Positions 37,595 to 47,085 of a stretch of DNA of 64,000 bases are shown here, one piece after another. The stretch's first letter is position 1. Each line of letters begins with the position of its first letter. The DNA is from Acidobacteriota bacterium (GTDB lineage: Bacteria > Acidobacteriota > UBA6911 > RPQK01 > JAJDTT01). Where the stretch lies: contig OZ242374.1 in NCBI GenBank assembly GCA_965209055.1, forward strand, positions 1,984,001-2,048,000. Reading direction: 5' to 3'. Under the pieces are notes generated by a model. That model searched no databases, was not told the DNA's origin, and saw only the letters and a program-made list of their open reading frames with translations. The position numbers and the translations under genes are program-made.

Positions 37595-37764
37595 CCCATC
37601 CTCCCTTACGAGTGACTGAGGTATTGGCGAATTGACGAGGGCAAAAATACTGGATTCAGACCATAGATAAGAAGGGTACAGGGGACAGTCACTTTCCCGC
37701 AGGCGGATGAAAAGGGGACAGGCACGTTCTCACACGAGCGGGCTCATGCAGGCTAAGTCGATGG

Positions 37765-37980
37765 TTACGCTCCTATCTGTCTCTTGGCCACACCCCTGAA
37801 GGCCACACCCGCGAAGTCGAAGCGGTGCTTCAATTGCCGGAAGTCTGCATGGACCAGTTCCCAGCCTTGTTGGCCAAGTCTGTTGAGATACTGTTCGACG
37901 TCTGATCTTTCCTTGTCCCCGAAGAGTCCTCCGCCGGGGATATCCGATAAGTCCAAAACTTTGTACTCCCACTTTTTCAT
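37765..37980 (-). CDS. DUF4177-like small protein (copy 2)
   Basis: MKKWEYKVL...NRLGQQGWELV; same RBS region as copy 1. Confidence 0.8.
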   Translation of the reverse strand: MKKWEYKVLDLSDIPGGGLFGDKERSDVEQYLNRLGQQGWELVHADFRQLKHRFDFAGVAFRGVAKRQIGA

Positions 37981-38183
37981 CCCATCCTCCCTTAGAAGTG
38001 ACCAAGTCTTTGACGAATGCCAAAATACTGAACTCAGACCTTAGATGAGAAGGGGACAGTGATGAGAAGGGGACAGTCACTTTCCCACAGGCCCGGCGAC
38101 GATAAACCTTCACTCAGAGAGTGGACCTGATTCAGGGGGGAGATCAACGCATAGCGCGGATCTGACCAGGAAATTGCCGATCC

Positions 38184-39161
38184 CTACCGGAAAGTCACGA
38201 GAAGGAGAAGTGCAGTGAAAGCGCCCGCGACGGCCGCGGCCGTCCAACAGATGACGATCTCCGCACGGCGGAAGTCACCCGCCGAGTTTGCGGGGGAGTC
38301 TCCGGCGTCTCCCAGCCACACGTCGGTGACCAGGCGCCCGCGCCACCAGATCGGCCCGATGAGGCGGCGCTGGAGAGCGCCGGCGATCGCAGCTTCGCTC
38401 CATCCCGCGTTCGGTCCGGGGACCACCGCATGTTGACGCCAGCCGACAGCCAACGCCTTCCGCGCCGAGGCGCTGGGGACGAACGCCGCGACGAGGGCGA
38501 TCAGCAGCCATGTCAGCCGCGCCGGGACGAGGTTCATCAAGTCGTCCAGGCGCGCTCCACACCAACCGAACTTCAGGTATTTGGGTGTCTTGTACCCGAC
38601 CATGGAGTCCATCGTGCTGACGACTTTGAACAGCACGATGCCCGGAAGGCCCAGCAGGACGTACCAGAAAACCGGCGAGACGAATCCGTCGACGAGGTTC
38701 TCGCTCATGCTTTCGATGGCGGCGCGCCGGCAGGCGGCGGCATCCATACGGTCGGCGTCGCGGCCGACGAGTTTGCCGATCCCGGCGCGGGCGGCGGGGA
38801 GATCGCCCTTCGTCGCCGCCCGATCAACCTCCCGGCCGTGTTTGAGCAGGTCGCCGAGCGCGATCAGGCTGTAGAGGGCGAACAGGTGAAGCGCCGTCGC
38901 CGCCCAAGGGTGCGTCCGCTGAAGACTCAGAACCAGAACCGAGACGCCGCCCGCCCAGAGAACCGCCAGGGCGAGGAACAACAGGCAGCCGCCGATGCGG
39001 CCGTCGGCGCCGGCGCCGCGAAGTCGAACATCCCACCAGGCGAGCGTTGCACCGATCAAACGAATCGGATGCCAGCGGTAGACCGGATCGCCGAATACGA
39101 AGTCCAGGGCCACGGCCGCCGCCAGCAATTCCGCGCGCGGGGCCAAGAGAATCAGGTCCAC
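38184..39161 (-). CDS. cbiB: Adenosylcobinamide-phosphate synthase (CbiB/CobD)
   Basis: LDFVFGDP..WHPIRLIG, LVGRD, ESMSENLVDG, TMDSMVGYK, PNAGWSEAA. Confidence 0.95.
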   Translation of the reverse strand: MDLILLAPRAELLAAAVALDFVFGDPVYRWHPIRLIGATLAWWDVRLRGAGADGRIGGCLLFLALAVLWAGGVSVLVLSLQRTHPWAATALHLFALYSLIALGDLLKHGREVDRAATKGDLPAARAGIGKLVGRDADRMDAAACRRAAIESMSENLVDGFVSPVFWYVLLGLPGIVLFKVVSTMDSMVGYKTPKYLKFGWCGARLDDLMNLVPARLTWLLIALVAAFVPSASARKALAVGWRQHAVVPGPNAGWSEAAIAGALQRRLIGPIWWRGRLVTDVWLGDAGDSPANSAGDFRRAEIVICWTAAAVAGAFTALLLLVTFR

Positions 39162-40306
39162 TTCGATTTCCAGCCCAGCGCCAACGCTCGAACGACCAGA
39201 TCCATGGTGTCGTCGGGTTCTTCACCCGGCTCGGCGAGCTCGCGCCGGAACAACGGCCAGTCCTGGGGACGCGCGGCGAGCGAGCAGGCCAGACACGCCG
39301 CCTGCTGCCGAAGCGATTCCTTCGCCATCCCGGCAGGCAGCGTTCCGAAGGCGATGCGGTCCAGGACGGCGGCGAAGGCGTAGGCCGCGGCGGCTACGCC
39401 AGGCTCGAAGAACACGGCCTTCCGGTTCTTCCGGAGCAACGTATGTTGCGCCTCGGGGAGTAGCTCGGCAAGGCCGCTGAGCGCCCGCTCCTCGGTGAGC
39501 CCGAAGCGTCCCAAAGCGTGGAAGAGCCCGCGGATGTAGGACGGCTCGAGGCCGTTTTGCCAGCGCAACGCCTCCTTCGTCGCGTCCTTGACGGCGACGC
39601 CGATGATTTCTCCGAGCTTGACGTGCGGACTGGTCGAAGCGTGGGCCTTCCGACCGGGAACGAGCGGCGCTGCCAGACAGAACTGGTCCGTGCCGGTGCC
39701 GGTCGCGATCGTCGGCGAGTACCGGCTCGGGACCGCGAGTTCGGCCAACGCGGCGGACTTCGCCTCCGTCATCGTCACCACGGCGCGCGCCTGGGCCGGG
39801 GCGGTGACCGGGCAATTGAGCAGCAGGATGGTGTTGATCGTGCCCTGGTTCGCCAGCTTCCTCCAGCCGTCACCGGTCTCCGTCCACTGCGCGGGGTCAC
39901 TTGCACGCGCCGCGTTGCCGGAGACGCCGGCGGTGACGAATGCATCGGCCCGGATGTCCTCGAACTCGGCCCAGCGATGCGCGGCGTAGGCCATGTTGGC
40001 CGCCGTGCCCATCAGCGCTGCGTTTTCCGGATCGACTCCTATCTCCGAACACACGTGGTCGTGATAGCCGGCGAGCCCGAGGCGATGGATGAGCTCCATG
40101 CGCGCCACGTCTCCGCGGGCTTCGCAGCTCTGGTGGTTCACCAGATAGCGCAATTCGTCCTGCTGTCCGCCCCCTCGCGTAGAAGTGCTCAGAACGCGGT
40201 GAGCCGTAAGCAACTCGACGACGAGGTGGCGGCCGAAGCGGCGAGCGACGAAAAGGCCGGAGGCGTGCAAAGTCTCGGCGGGAAGCTGGTGCGGTGAAGC
40301 TACCAT
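39152..40306 (-). CDS. cbiZ: Adenosylcobinamide amidohydrolase
   Basis: LMGTAANM, VTAGVSGNA, GTINTILL, TEAKSAAL, ATGTGTDQ. Confidence 0.9.
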   Translation of the reverse strand: MVASPHQLPAETLHASGLFVARRFGRHLVVELLTAHRVLSTSTRGGGQQDELRYLVNHQSCEARGDVARMELIHRLGLAGYHDHVCSEIGVDPENAALMGTAANMAYAAHRWAEFEDIRADAFVTAGVSGNAARASDPAQWTETGDGWRKLANQGTINTILLLNCPVTAPAQARAVVTMTEAKSAALAELAVPSRYSPTIATGTGTDQFCLAAPLVPGRKAHASTSPHVKLGEIIGVAVKDATKEALRWQNGLEPSYIRGLFHALGRFGLTEERALSGLAELLPEAQHTLLRKNRKAVFFEPGVAAAAYAFAAVLDRIAFGTLPAGMAKESLRQQAACLACSLAARPQDWPLFRRELAEPGEEPDDTMDLVVRALALGWKSKWT

Positions 40307-40384
40307 CTCGTGGGACCCGCGATTATACACAATCCGGCATGAGGGAAGCCTCGGCTTGACTTCCATTTCGGACTGCCGATATAT

Positions 40385-40567
40385 TCGAATCGCTCTCAGG
40401 AGCCCTTACGGGCGTAACAGGGAAGCCGGTGCGAATCCGGCGCGGTCCCGCCACTGTGAGCGGCAAGCTGCTTCCAACAAGCCACTGAGGCGAGAGCCTT
40501 AGGAAGGCGGGAGCAGCGTGGGCGATCCAATTCGTCCGAAGCCGCGAGTCAGGAGACCTTCCTGGGG
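40385..40567 (+). promoter_or_regulatory. Cobalamin (AdoCbl) riboswitch
   Basis: AACAGGGAAGCCGGTGCGAATCCGGCGCGGTCCCGCCACTGT, GCCACTG..GGAAGGC and AGTCAGGAGACC (B12 box) upstream of cob/btu genes. Confidence 0.93.
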
Positions 40568-40818
40568 CGATAAGGCGTATTGAATCCGCGAGGAACCGGA
40601 TGAACGACCTGGCAACCCCTCCTCTTGGGCCGACGGCGACCGTCGGAATCAGACTTGCGTTCTTGCGCAAGTTGACCGATCCGTCCTGGACCCTGGACAG
40701 GTTCTACCAGACACTCTCGACCCATTCCTGATTAGCGATCGGGCCGACTCCGGTTGGTCCGCGGATTTGTACGCCGCAATTCTTGAGCCCACAAACCAAT
40801 GGGCAAGGAGGTGGCGAA

Positions 40819-41394
40819 ATGAGCATAGCTACAATGCGCGGCGATGCCGGCGAGACCGGCTTGGCCGGCGGGATCCGGGTTTCGAAATCTTTCATTCGGG
40901 TCGAGGCCTACGGGACGGTCGACGAGCTCAACTCGAACGTTGGGTTTGCACGCTCGATCTGCCCGGACGAGCCGACGAAAGCGCTTCTCAAAGAGATCCA
41001 GCGCGAGCTGTTCCTGGTCGGTTCCGCCTTGGCGACGCCCCCGGAGAGCCCCAAGAAGCAGCCGGTCATCACGGCGGACATGGTCGACCGGCTGACGGCG
41101 GAGATCCACCGCATCGAGGCGATGGACGGCGTTCTCGACGACTGGTCGATCCCCGGCGAGCACACGGTGTCGGCCGCTCTGGATGTGGCTCGAACCGTAT
41201 GCCGCCGAGCGGAGCGCTGCGCCGTCCGGCTCGCTGAATCGGGCGAGCACGTGCGTCCGGTAATCCTCGCCTACTTGAATCGCCTCTCCGACCTGCTCTG
41301 GATTCTCGGCCGCCTGATCGAGAAGGAGCAGGGCCTGGATGCGAGGTTGCGGACGTCGGAGAACGCCGGCCCGCGCTGGTCCCGGGCCTGGTGA
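40819..41394 (+). CDS. PduO-type corrinoid adenosyltransferase
   Basis: TMRGDAGET, RVEAYGTVDELNS, ARTVCRRAER, YLNRLSDLLW; AGGAGGTG RBS. Confidence 0.93.
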   Translation: MSIATMRGDAGETGLAGGIRVSKSFIRVEAYGTVDELNSNVGFARSICPDEPTKALLKEIQRELFLVGSALATPPESPKKQPVITADMVDRLTAEIHRIEAMDGVLDDWSIPGEHTVSAALDVARTVCRRAERCAVRLAESGEHVRPVILAYLNRLSDLLWILGRLIEKEQGLDARLRTSENAGPRWSRAW

Positions 41395-41398
41395 TCCG

Positions 41399-44300
41399 AT
41401 GATCGCCTACATTACGGCGGCCGAGACCGAGCGGCTCACGCTCGACCAGGCTTTCGCACGCATGCCGGACGGCTTCCCGGGTCTCCGGACGTTCGCCAGC
41501 CAGCGTCTCCAGACCGATGAGCAACTCGCCGAGATGCTCGAGTCCGAGCGGGCCGCGCGCCTGTTCGTCGTGCGCATCCTCGGCGGCCGGCCCTATTTTG
41601 AGAAGGGCTACGAGCGGATCGGCGAGCACTGCCGCAGCCGGCGCCTCCCGCTGCTGGCGGTCCCCGGCGACCAGCAACCGGATCCCGAGCTTGCCGCGCT
41701 GTCCAACATCCCGCTCGCCGACCAGACCCAGGCGCTCGAATACCTGGTCGACGGCGGGGTTGAGAACTACGAGAACCTGCTGCGCTACCTGAGCGACGTC
41801 TACCTGTCGACGGCGCTCGGCTTCGACGCGCCCCGGCGCGATCCCCGGCACGGGCTCTACCATCCGGCGGCCGAGGATCGGCGCGCTTGCGCGACGCTGC
41901 CGCTCGCCGAGTTTCGCAGGCGCTACTGGCGGCCCGGCCGGCCCGCGACCGGTCTTCTGTTCTACCGCGCGCACTGGCAGAGCGGAAACCTGGCGGCGAT
42001 CGATCAGCTCGTAGAGGCTCTGGACCGCGCCGGGTCGAATGCGTTGCCGGTCTTCTGCTATAGCCTGCGCGATCAGCAAGGCGCCGAAGCCGGCGAGGGG
42101 CGGGGGTTGTTCGAGACCTACTTCCGCGAGAACGGCGAGCCTGCCGTGGACTGCGTCGTCACCTTGCTGGGCTATTCGCTGGCGGATCTCGAGCGGCAGG
42201 AGCGCACGACCATTGCGCGGCCGGAGATGGCGAAGCTCGGCGTCCCCATCCTGCAAGCCGTCAGCACGATGCAGGCGGTCACGGCGTGGCGCGAGAACGA
42301 GGCGGGCATGACGCCGCTCGACGCGGCCATGTATGTCGTGATGCCGGAGTTCGACGGCCGGCTGATCACGTCCGCCGTGGCCTTCCGGGAAGACGAGGCC
42401 GGCGAAAACGGCTCCGGGCGGCGCTCCGTTTCGTTGCCCGATCGCGCCGATGCGCTGGCGCGCTTGGCGCACAGGCATTCGCAACTGCGCCGCAAGCCGA
42501 ACCGGGAAAAGCGGCTCGCCCTGGTGCTGACCAACTTTGCCAACAAGCAGGGCCGCATCGGTTCGGCCGTGGGGCTGGACACGCCGGCGTCCGTCGTCGA
42601 GCTGTTGAAAGCGCTCAAGGCTCGCGGCTACGAAGTCGGCCACATCCCCGCCGACGGCGACGAACTGATGCAGCGCCTCATCGCGCAGGGCGGATACGAT
42701 CGCGAGTTTCTTACCGACGACCAGATTGCGGCGTCGGAGGCGAGCTACACCGTCGAGCGGTACGGCCGCTGGTTCGACGGGTTCCCGGCAGAGAACCGCA
42801 CAGCGCTCGTGCAGCGGTGGCAGCCCGCGCCCGGCGTCTACTTTCGCTCTGGCAACCGGCTCTACCTGGCCGGCATCCGGCTCGGCAACGTCTTCGTGAT
42901 GATCCAGCCGCCGCGGGGCTTCGGCGAGAATCCGCTTGAGGTCTACCACTCCGGCGAGCTCATCCCGACGCACCACTACCTGGGCGTCTACGGCTGGTTG
43001 CGCGACGAGTTCCAGGCTGACGCGGTGGTCCAGTGCGGCAAGCACGGCACGCTCGAGTGGCTGCCGGGCAAGGCGCTCGGGCTGTCGGAGGAATGCTGGC
43101 CCGAGCTTGCCATTCAGGACCTTCCGGTCTTCTACCCATTCATCATCAACGACCCCGGCGAAGGCTCGCAGGCCAAGCGGCGGATGCACGCCTGCATCAT
43201 CGACCACCTGATCCCGCCGATGACGCAGGCGGAAACGTACGACGAGCTCGCCAAGCTCCAACAACTCCTCGGGGCATTCGCCAACGCCGAGCAGGTCGAT
43301 CCCGACAAGCTGCCGTTGATCATGGACGAGATCTGGGAGGTCGTCGTCGAGGCGAACCTGCACGTCGACCTGGGCGCCGATGCCAAACCGGAAGAAGACG
43401 ACTACGGTGACTTTATCCAGCACATTGACGGCTACCTCTGCGAGATCGGCGACATGCAGATCCGCGACGGACTGCACGTGCTCGGCCGGCCGCCGGAAGG
43501 CGAGCAGCTTGTCAACCTGGCGCTGGCGCTGGTCCGTCTCGATGCTCCCGGCGTCGCCGGGCTGCGCGGCGCCGTCGCCCGCGATCTCGGGCTCGACTAC
43601 GAGACGCTGAACGACCGTGACCGGTTCGGCGAGAGTTGGCCGGACGGCCGCCCCGCCTTCTATGGGGTGCTGCCCGCGGATACCGCTTGGCGGACGCGGG
43701 GCGACATCCTCACCGGTCTCGAACAATTGTGCCGACGCTTGGTCGAGACCCTCGCCGCGCGGGGCTTTGCGCCCGACGCGGTCGATTCGGTTGCGGAGCG
43801 GTTCGGACTGACGGCCGACGGCGCGGCGCGCGCCACGCTGGGGCAGTTGGCGGCGGTCATCCTCCCCAACGTGCTGCGGTCGACCGAGGAGATCGGCAAC
43901 TTGCTCGATGGGCTCGAAGGCCGGTTCGTACCGCCCGGGCCGAGCGGTGCGCCGACCCGCGGGATGGCCAACGTGCTGCCCACGGGCCGCAACTTCTACT
44001 CGGTCGACGCCCGCGCCGTGCCCTCGCCCTTCGCCTGGAAGGTCGGCCGCAAACTCGGCGACCGGCTGATCGAGAGCTACCGGGAGCGCCACGGCCGGCC
44101 CCCGCGCGCCATCGGCATCACGGTCTGGGGCACCCCCAACATGCGCACTCAGGGCGACGACATCGCCGAGATCCTCTGGCTGCTGGGCGTCGAGCCGGTG
44201 TGGGAGCGCGAGAACGGCCGCGTCGTCGACCTGCGCGTCGTCCCGCTCGAAGAGCTCGGCCGGCCGCGGGTGGACGTCACCGTGCGGATGTCCGGCTTCT

Positions 44301-45202
44301 TCCGGGACGCCTTTCCCGGCGTCGTCCAGATGGTGGATCGGGCGGTGAACATGGTCGCCGACCTCGACGAGCCCGACGAAGACAACGCCGTGCGAGAGCG
44401 CACGCGCGCCGACGAGCAAAGCCTGGCCGCGTCCGGCGCGGCGCCCGACGACGCCCGCGCCCGCTCGCGTTACCGCCTGTTTTCCAATAAGCCCGGCGCG
44501 TACGGGACCGGCATTCTCAACGCCATCGCCGACGGCGCCTGGGAATCGGTCGACGACCTCTCGTCCATCTACCTCGAGTGGGGCGGTTTCGCCTACACGA
44601 ACAAGACGTATGGCAAGCCGGCGCTGGAAGAGTTCAAGACGCGGCTCGCAGCCTCGGAAGTCGCCGTCCAGAACCTCGACAACCGGGAGCATGACATCTT
44701 TGACAGCGACGACTACCTGCAGTTCCACGGCGGGATGGTCGCCGCGATTCGCACCCTGACCGGCCGCAGGCCCGATGCCGTACTGGGCGACTCGTCCAAT
44801 CCCGAGCAGGTTCACGTCGACGACCTGGCGAAAGAGGCCCGGCGCATTTTCCGGGCCCGCGTGGCGAACCCGAAGTGGCTCAAGTCGATCCGTCGCCACG
44901 GCTACAAGGGCGCGCTCGAGATGGCCGCGACGGTCGACTACCTGTTCGGCTACGACGCCACCGCCGACATCGTCGACGACTGGATGTACGAGGACATGGC
45001 GCAGAAGTACGCCCTCGACGAAGAGAGCCGCCGCTTTCTCGAGCAGAGCAACCCGTGGGCGCTGCGCGAGCTGACGGGCCGGCTGATCGAGGCCGGCGCC
45101 CGCGGCCTTTGGAGCGAGCCCAAGGCGGAAACGCTTGACGCGCTCAAGCAGGCCTACCTTTCCACCGAGGGAGCGCTCGAGGAACAGGGAGGTCGGAGCT
45201 AG
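41399..45202 (+). CDS. cobN: Cobaltochelatase large subunit
   Basis: AVGLDTPAS, QPPRGFG, GKHGTLEWLPGK, GPSGAPTRG...LPTGRNFYS, RPRVDVT, DSDDYLQFHGGM, HGYKGA. Confidence 0.95.
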   Translation: MIAYITAAETERLTLDQAFARMPDGFPGLRTFASQRLQTDEQLAEMLESERAARLFVVRILGGRPYFEKGYERIGEHCRSRRLPLLAVPGDQQPDPELAALSNIPLADQTQALEYLVDGGVENYENLLRYLSDVYLSTALGFDAPRRDPRHGLYHPAAEDRRACATLPLAEFRRRYWRPGRPATGLLFYRAHWQSGNLAAIDQLVEALDRAGSNALPVFCYSLRDQQGAEAGEGRGLFETYFRENGEPAVDCVVTLLGYSLADLERQERTTIARPEMAKLGVPILQAVSTMQAVTAWRENEAGMTPLDAAMYVVMPEFDGRLITSAVAFREDEAGENGSGRRSVSLPDRADALARLAHRHSQLRRKPNREKRLALVLTNFANKQGRIGSAVGLDTPASVVELLKALKARGYEVGHIPADGDELMQRLIAQGGYDREFLTDDQIAASEASYTVERYGRWFDGFPAENRTALVQRWQPAPGVYFRSGNRLYLAGIRLGNVFVMIQPPRGFGENPLEVYHSGELIPTHHYLGVYGWLRDEFQADAVVQCGKHGTLEWLPGKALGLSEECWPELAIQDLPVFYPFIINDPGEGSQAKRRMHACIIDHLIPPMTQAETYDELAKLQQLLGAFANAEQVDPDKLPLIMDEIWEVVVEANLHVDLGADAKPEEDDYGDFIQHIDGYLCEIGDMQIRDGLHVLGRPPEGEQLVNLALALVRLDAPGVAGLRGAVARDLGLDYETLNDRDRFGESWPDGRPAFYGVLPADTAWRTRGDILTGLEQLCRRLVETLAARGFAPDAVDSVAERFGLTADGAARATLGQLAAVILPNVLRSTEEIGNLLDGLEGRFVPPGPSGAPTRGMANVLPTGRNFYSVDARAVPSPFAWKVGRKLGDRLIESYRERHGRPPRAIGITVWGTPNMRTQGDDIAEILWLLGVEPVWERENGRVVDLRVVPLEELGRPRVDVTVRMSGFFRDAFPGVVQMVDRAVNMVADLDEPDEDNAVRERTRADEQSLAASGAAPDDARARSRYRLFSNKPGAYGTGILNAIADGAWESVDDLSSIYLEWGGFAYTNKTYGKPALEEFKTRLAASEVAVQNLDNREHDIFDSDDYLQFHGGMVAAIRTLTGRRPDAVLGDSSNPEQVHVDDLAKEARRIFRARVANPKWLKSIRRHGYKGALEMAATVDYLFGYDATADIVDDWMYEDMAQKYALDEESRRFLEQSNPWALRELTGRLIEAGARGLWSEPKAETLDALKQAYLSTEGALEEQGGRS

Positions 45203-47085
45203 TGCTCTTTCCGTTCAGCGCAATCGTGGGGCAGGAGCGCATGAAACGCGCGCTGATCTTCAACGCCGTCGATCCGTCGATCGGCGGCGTGCTGATCAAC
45301 GGGACGCGCGGCACGGCCAAGTCGACGGCCGCGCGGGCGCTGGCGGCGCTGCTGCCGCCCATCGATGTCGCCGAAGGCGATCCGTTCCACCGGGAGCCGG
45401 CGGGCGACGACGCTGTCGCGCAGATCCCGACGCCCTTCGTCAACCTGCCACTCGGTTCGACCGAAGACCGCCTCCTCGGATCCCTGGATATCCAGCGGGC
45501 GCTTCAGCACGGCGAGAAGCACTTCGAGCCCGGCCTGCTGGCTGCCGCGCACCGCGGCGTGCTTTACGTCGACGAGGTCAATCTGCTACCGGACCACCTG
45601 GTCGACGTACTGCTCGACGCCGTGGCGATGGGGGTCAACCGGATCGAGCGCGAAGGCGTCTCGTTCGAGCACCCGGCCAGGGTCATCCTGGTCGGCACGA
45701 TGAATCCCGAGGAGGGAGAGCTGCGTCCGCAGCTTCTCGACCGCTTCGGGTTGTTCGCCCAGGCCGAAAACTACCTTGACCTGGCGGAGCGGAAAGAAGT
45801 CGTGCGCCGGCGCATGCGGTTCGACGATGCGCCGGACGAGATCGTGGCCGAGTGGACCTCGAGCGACAAGCAACTGGCCGCGAGCATCGTCCGAGCCCGC
45901 AGCGGTTTGCTGACGGTCGCAACGCCGGAAGAGCGCTTCGACCAGATCGCTGAGCTGGCGGCTGAAGCCCGCGTCGACGGCTTGCGGGCCGACATCGTGA
46001 TGGTCAAGACCGCGCGGGCTGCAGCAGCCTTCGAAGGTTCCGGCGAGGTCACCGCAGCGCACGTCGAGGAGGCCGCCGAGCTGACGCTGGGCCACCGCCG
46101 CCGCTCGCAGGCTGAGCCGCCTCCGCCGCACGGCCGCACTCCGCAACCGGCGCCGCCGGCGCCCCAGCCTCCCCGGCGGCCGTCGCCGAGCGAGCGCCGG
46201 GAGGAGGGCAGGGGGCAAGAGGATTCGTCCCGAAATCTGGCCGGCGCGCGGGAATCGCACTTTGCCGTCGGATCACCGCTCGAAACGCGATTGCCGTCGC
46301 CGCTTGCTCGTCGCGGGCCGAATCAGGGCTCGCCTCAGGGCCGCCGCTCCGGGCCCTTGGCTTGCCGGCCCTCGGGCGCGTTCGTGCGGGCCGTCGAGCC
46401 TCGTCCCGGCGACTCGCTGACGATCGCCCCGATGGCCACGCTTCAAGCCGCGGCGCTCGAAGGCGTCCCGCTGGCGCCGCGGCACCTGCGCGTCAAACAG
46501 CGCAGGTCGCGTCGCCGCAACCTGTTGCTGTTCGTGGTCGACGCATCGGGCTCCATGGCCGCTTCCGAGCGCATGCGGGCCGCCAAAGGGGCCGTGTGCG
46601 GTCTGCTCGAAGAGGCGTATCGGAAACGCGACGTGGTCGGCCTGGTTGCCTTCCGCGGCGAAGGCGCCGAAGAGCTTCTCGCGCCCACGCGCAGCGCCGT
46701 CCTGGCGTATCGCCGTCTGAGCGAGCTGCCGACAGGAGGCCGGACGCCGCTCGCGGCCGGGCTCGCCAAGGCGCTTCAGATCGTCGCGCGACGCCAGAGC
46801 CAGGAGGCGGAGCTGACGCCCTACCTGGTCGTCGTCACCGACGGACGGGCGACGTGGCCTCGCGGCGCGGCCTGGGCCGAGGCGCTCGAACAGGCCGCTC
46901 GCATCGCCCGCAAGAAGATTGCGGCGTTGTGCATCGACACCGAGTCCGGCCTGGTGCGGCTCGGCCAGACCCCCGCGCTGGCGCGCGCCATGGACGCAAC
47001 CTGTTGCCACATCTCCGGCCTGCCTCCCCGGGAGTGGAGCCACGTCATCCGCGAATGGGTCCAGCTTTCCGGAGGCGACCGATGA
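45202..47085 (+). CDS. ChlI/ChlD-like fused chelatase ATPase subunit with vWA domain
   Basis: FPFSAIVGQE, GTRGTAKST, YVDEVNLL, GTMNPEEGELRPQLLDRF, Pro-rich linker, VVDASGSM. Confidence 0.9.
   Translation: MLFPFSAIVGQERMKRALIFNAVDPSIGGVLINGTRGTAKSTAARALAALLPPIDVAEGDPFHREPAGDDAVAQIPTPFVNLPLGSTEDRLLGSLDIQRALQHGEKHFEPGLLAAAHRGVLYVDEVNLLPDHLVDVLLDAVAMGVNRIEREGVSFEHPARVILVGTMNPEEGELRPQLLDRFGLFAQAENYLDLAERKEVVRRRMRFDDAPDEIVAEWTSSDKQLAASIVRARSGLLTVATPEERFDQIAELAAEARVDGLRADIVMVKTARAAAAFEGSGEVTAAHVEEAAELTLGHRRRSQAEPPPPHGRTPQPAPPAPQPPRRPSPSERREEGRGQEDSSRNLAGARESHFAVGSPLETRLPSPLARRGPNQGSPQGRRSGPLACRPSGAFVRAVEPRPGDSLTIAPMATLQAAALEGVPLAPRHLRVKQRRSRRRNLLLFVVDASGSMAASERMRAAKGAVCGLLEEAYRKRDVVGLVAFRGEGAEELLAPTRSAVLAYRRLSELPTGGRTPLAAGLAKALQIVARRQSQEAELTPYLVVVTDGRATWPRGAAWAEALEQAARIARKKIAALCIDTESGLVRLGQTPALARAMDATCCHISGLPPREWSHVIREWVQLSGGDR

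Larger units (their letters stand above)
32963..38080 (+). repeat. Dispersed direct repeat GGGGACAGTCAC at successive gene boundaries
   Basis: Exact copies at 32963, 34797, 37318, 37681, 38069; variants at 37343, 37714, 38052; one more at 22920; all on the + strand. Confidence 0.85.

Noticed and set aside
32963-38080. CRISPR array made of GGGGACAGTCAC repeats
   Set aside because: The repeat core is only ~12 bp, spacing ranges from 17 bp to 2.5 kb and includes whole genes, and no cas genes are present.
41069-44899. 1276-aa minus-strand ORF (likewise 7436-9829, 54082-55329, 33465-34685, 30901-32178)
   Set aside because: Antisense shadows of well-supported genes in high-GC DNA, with no recognisable motifs.
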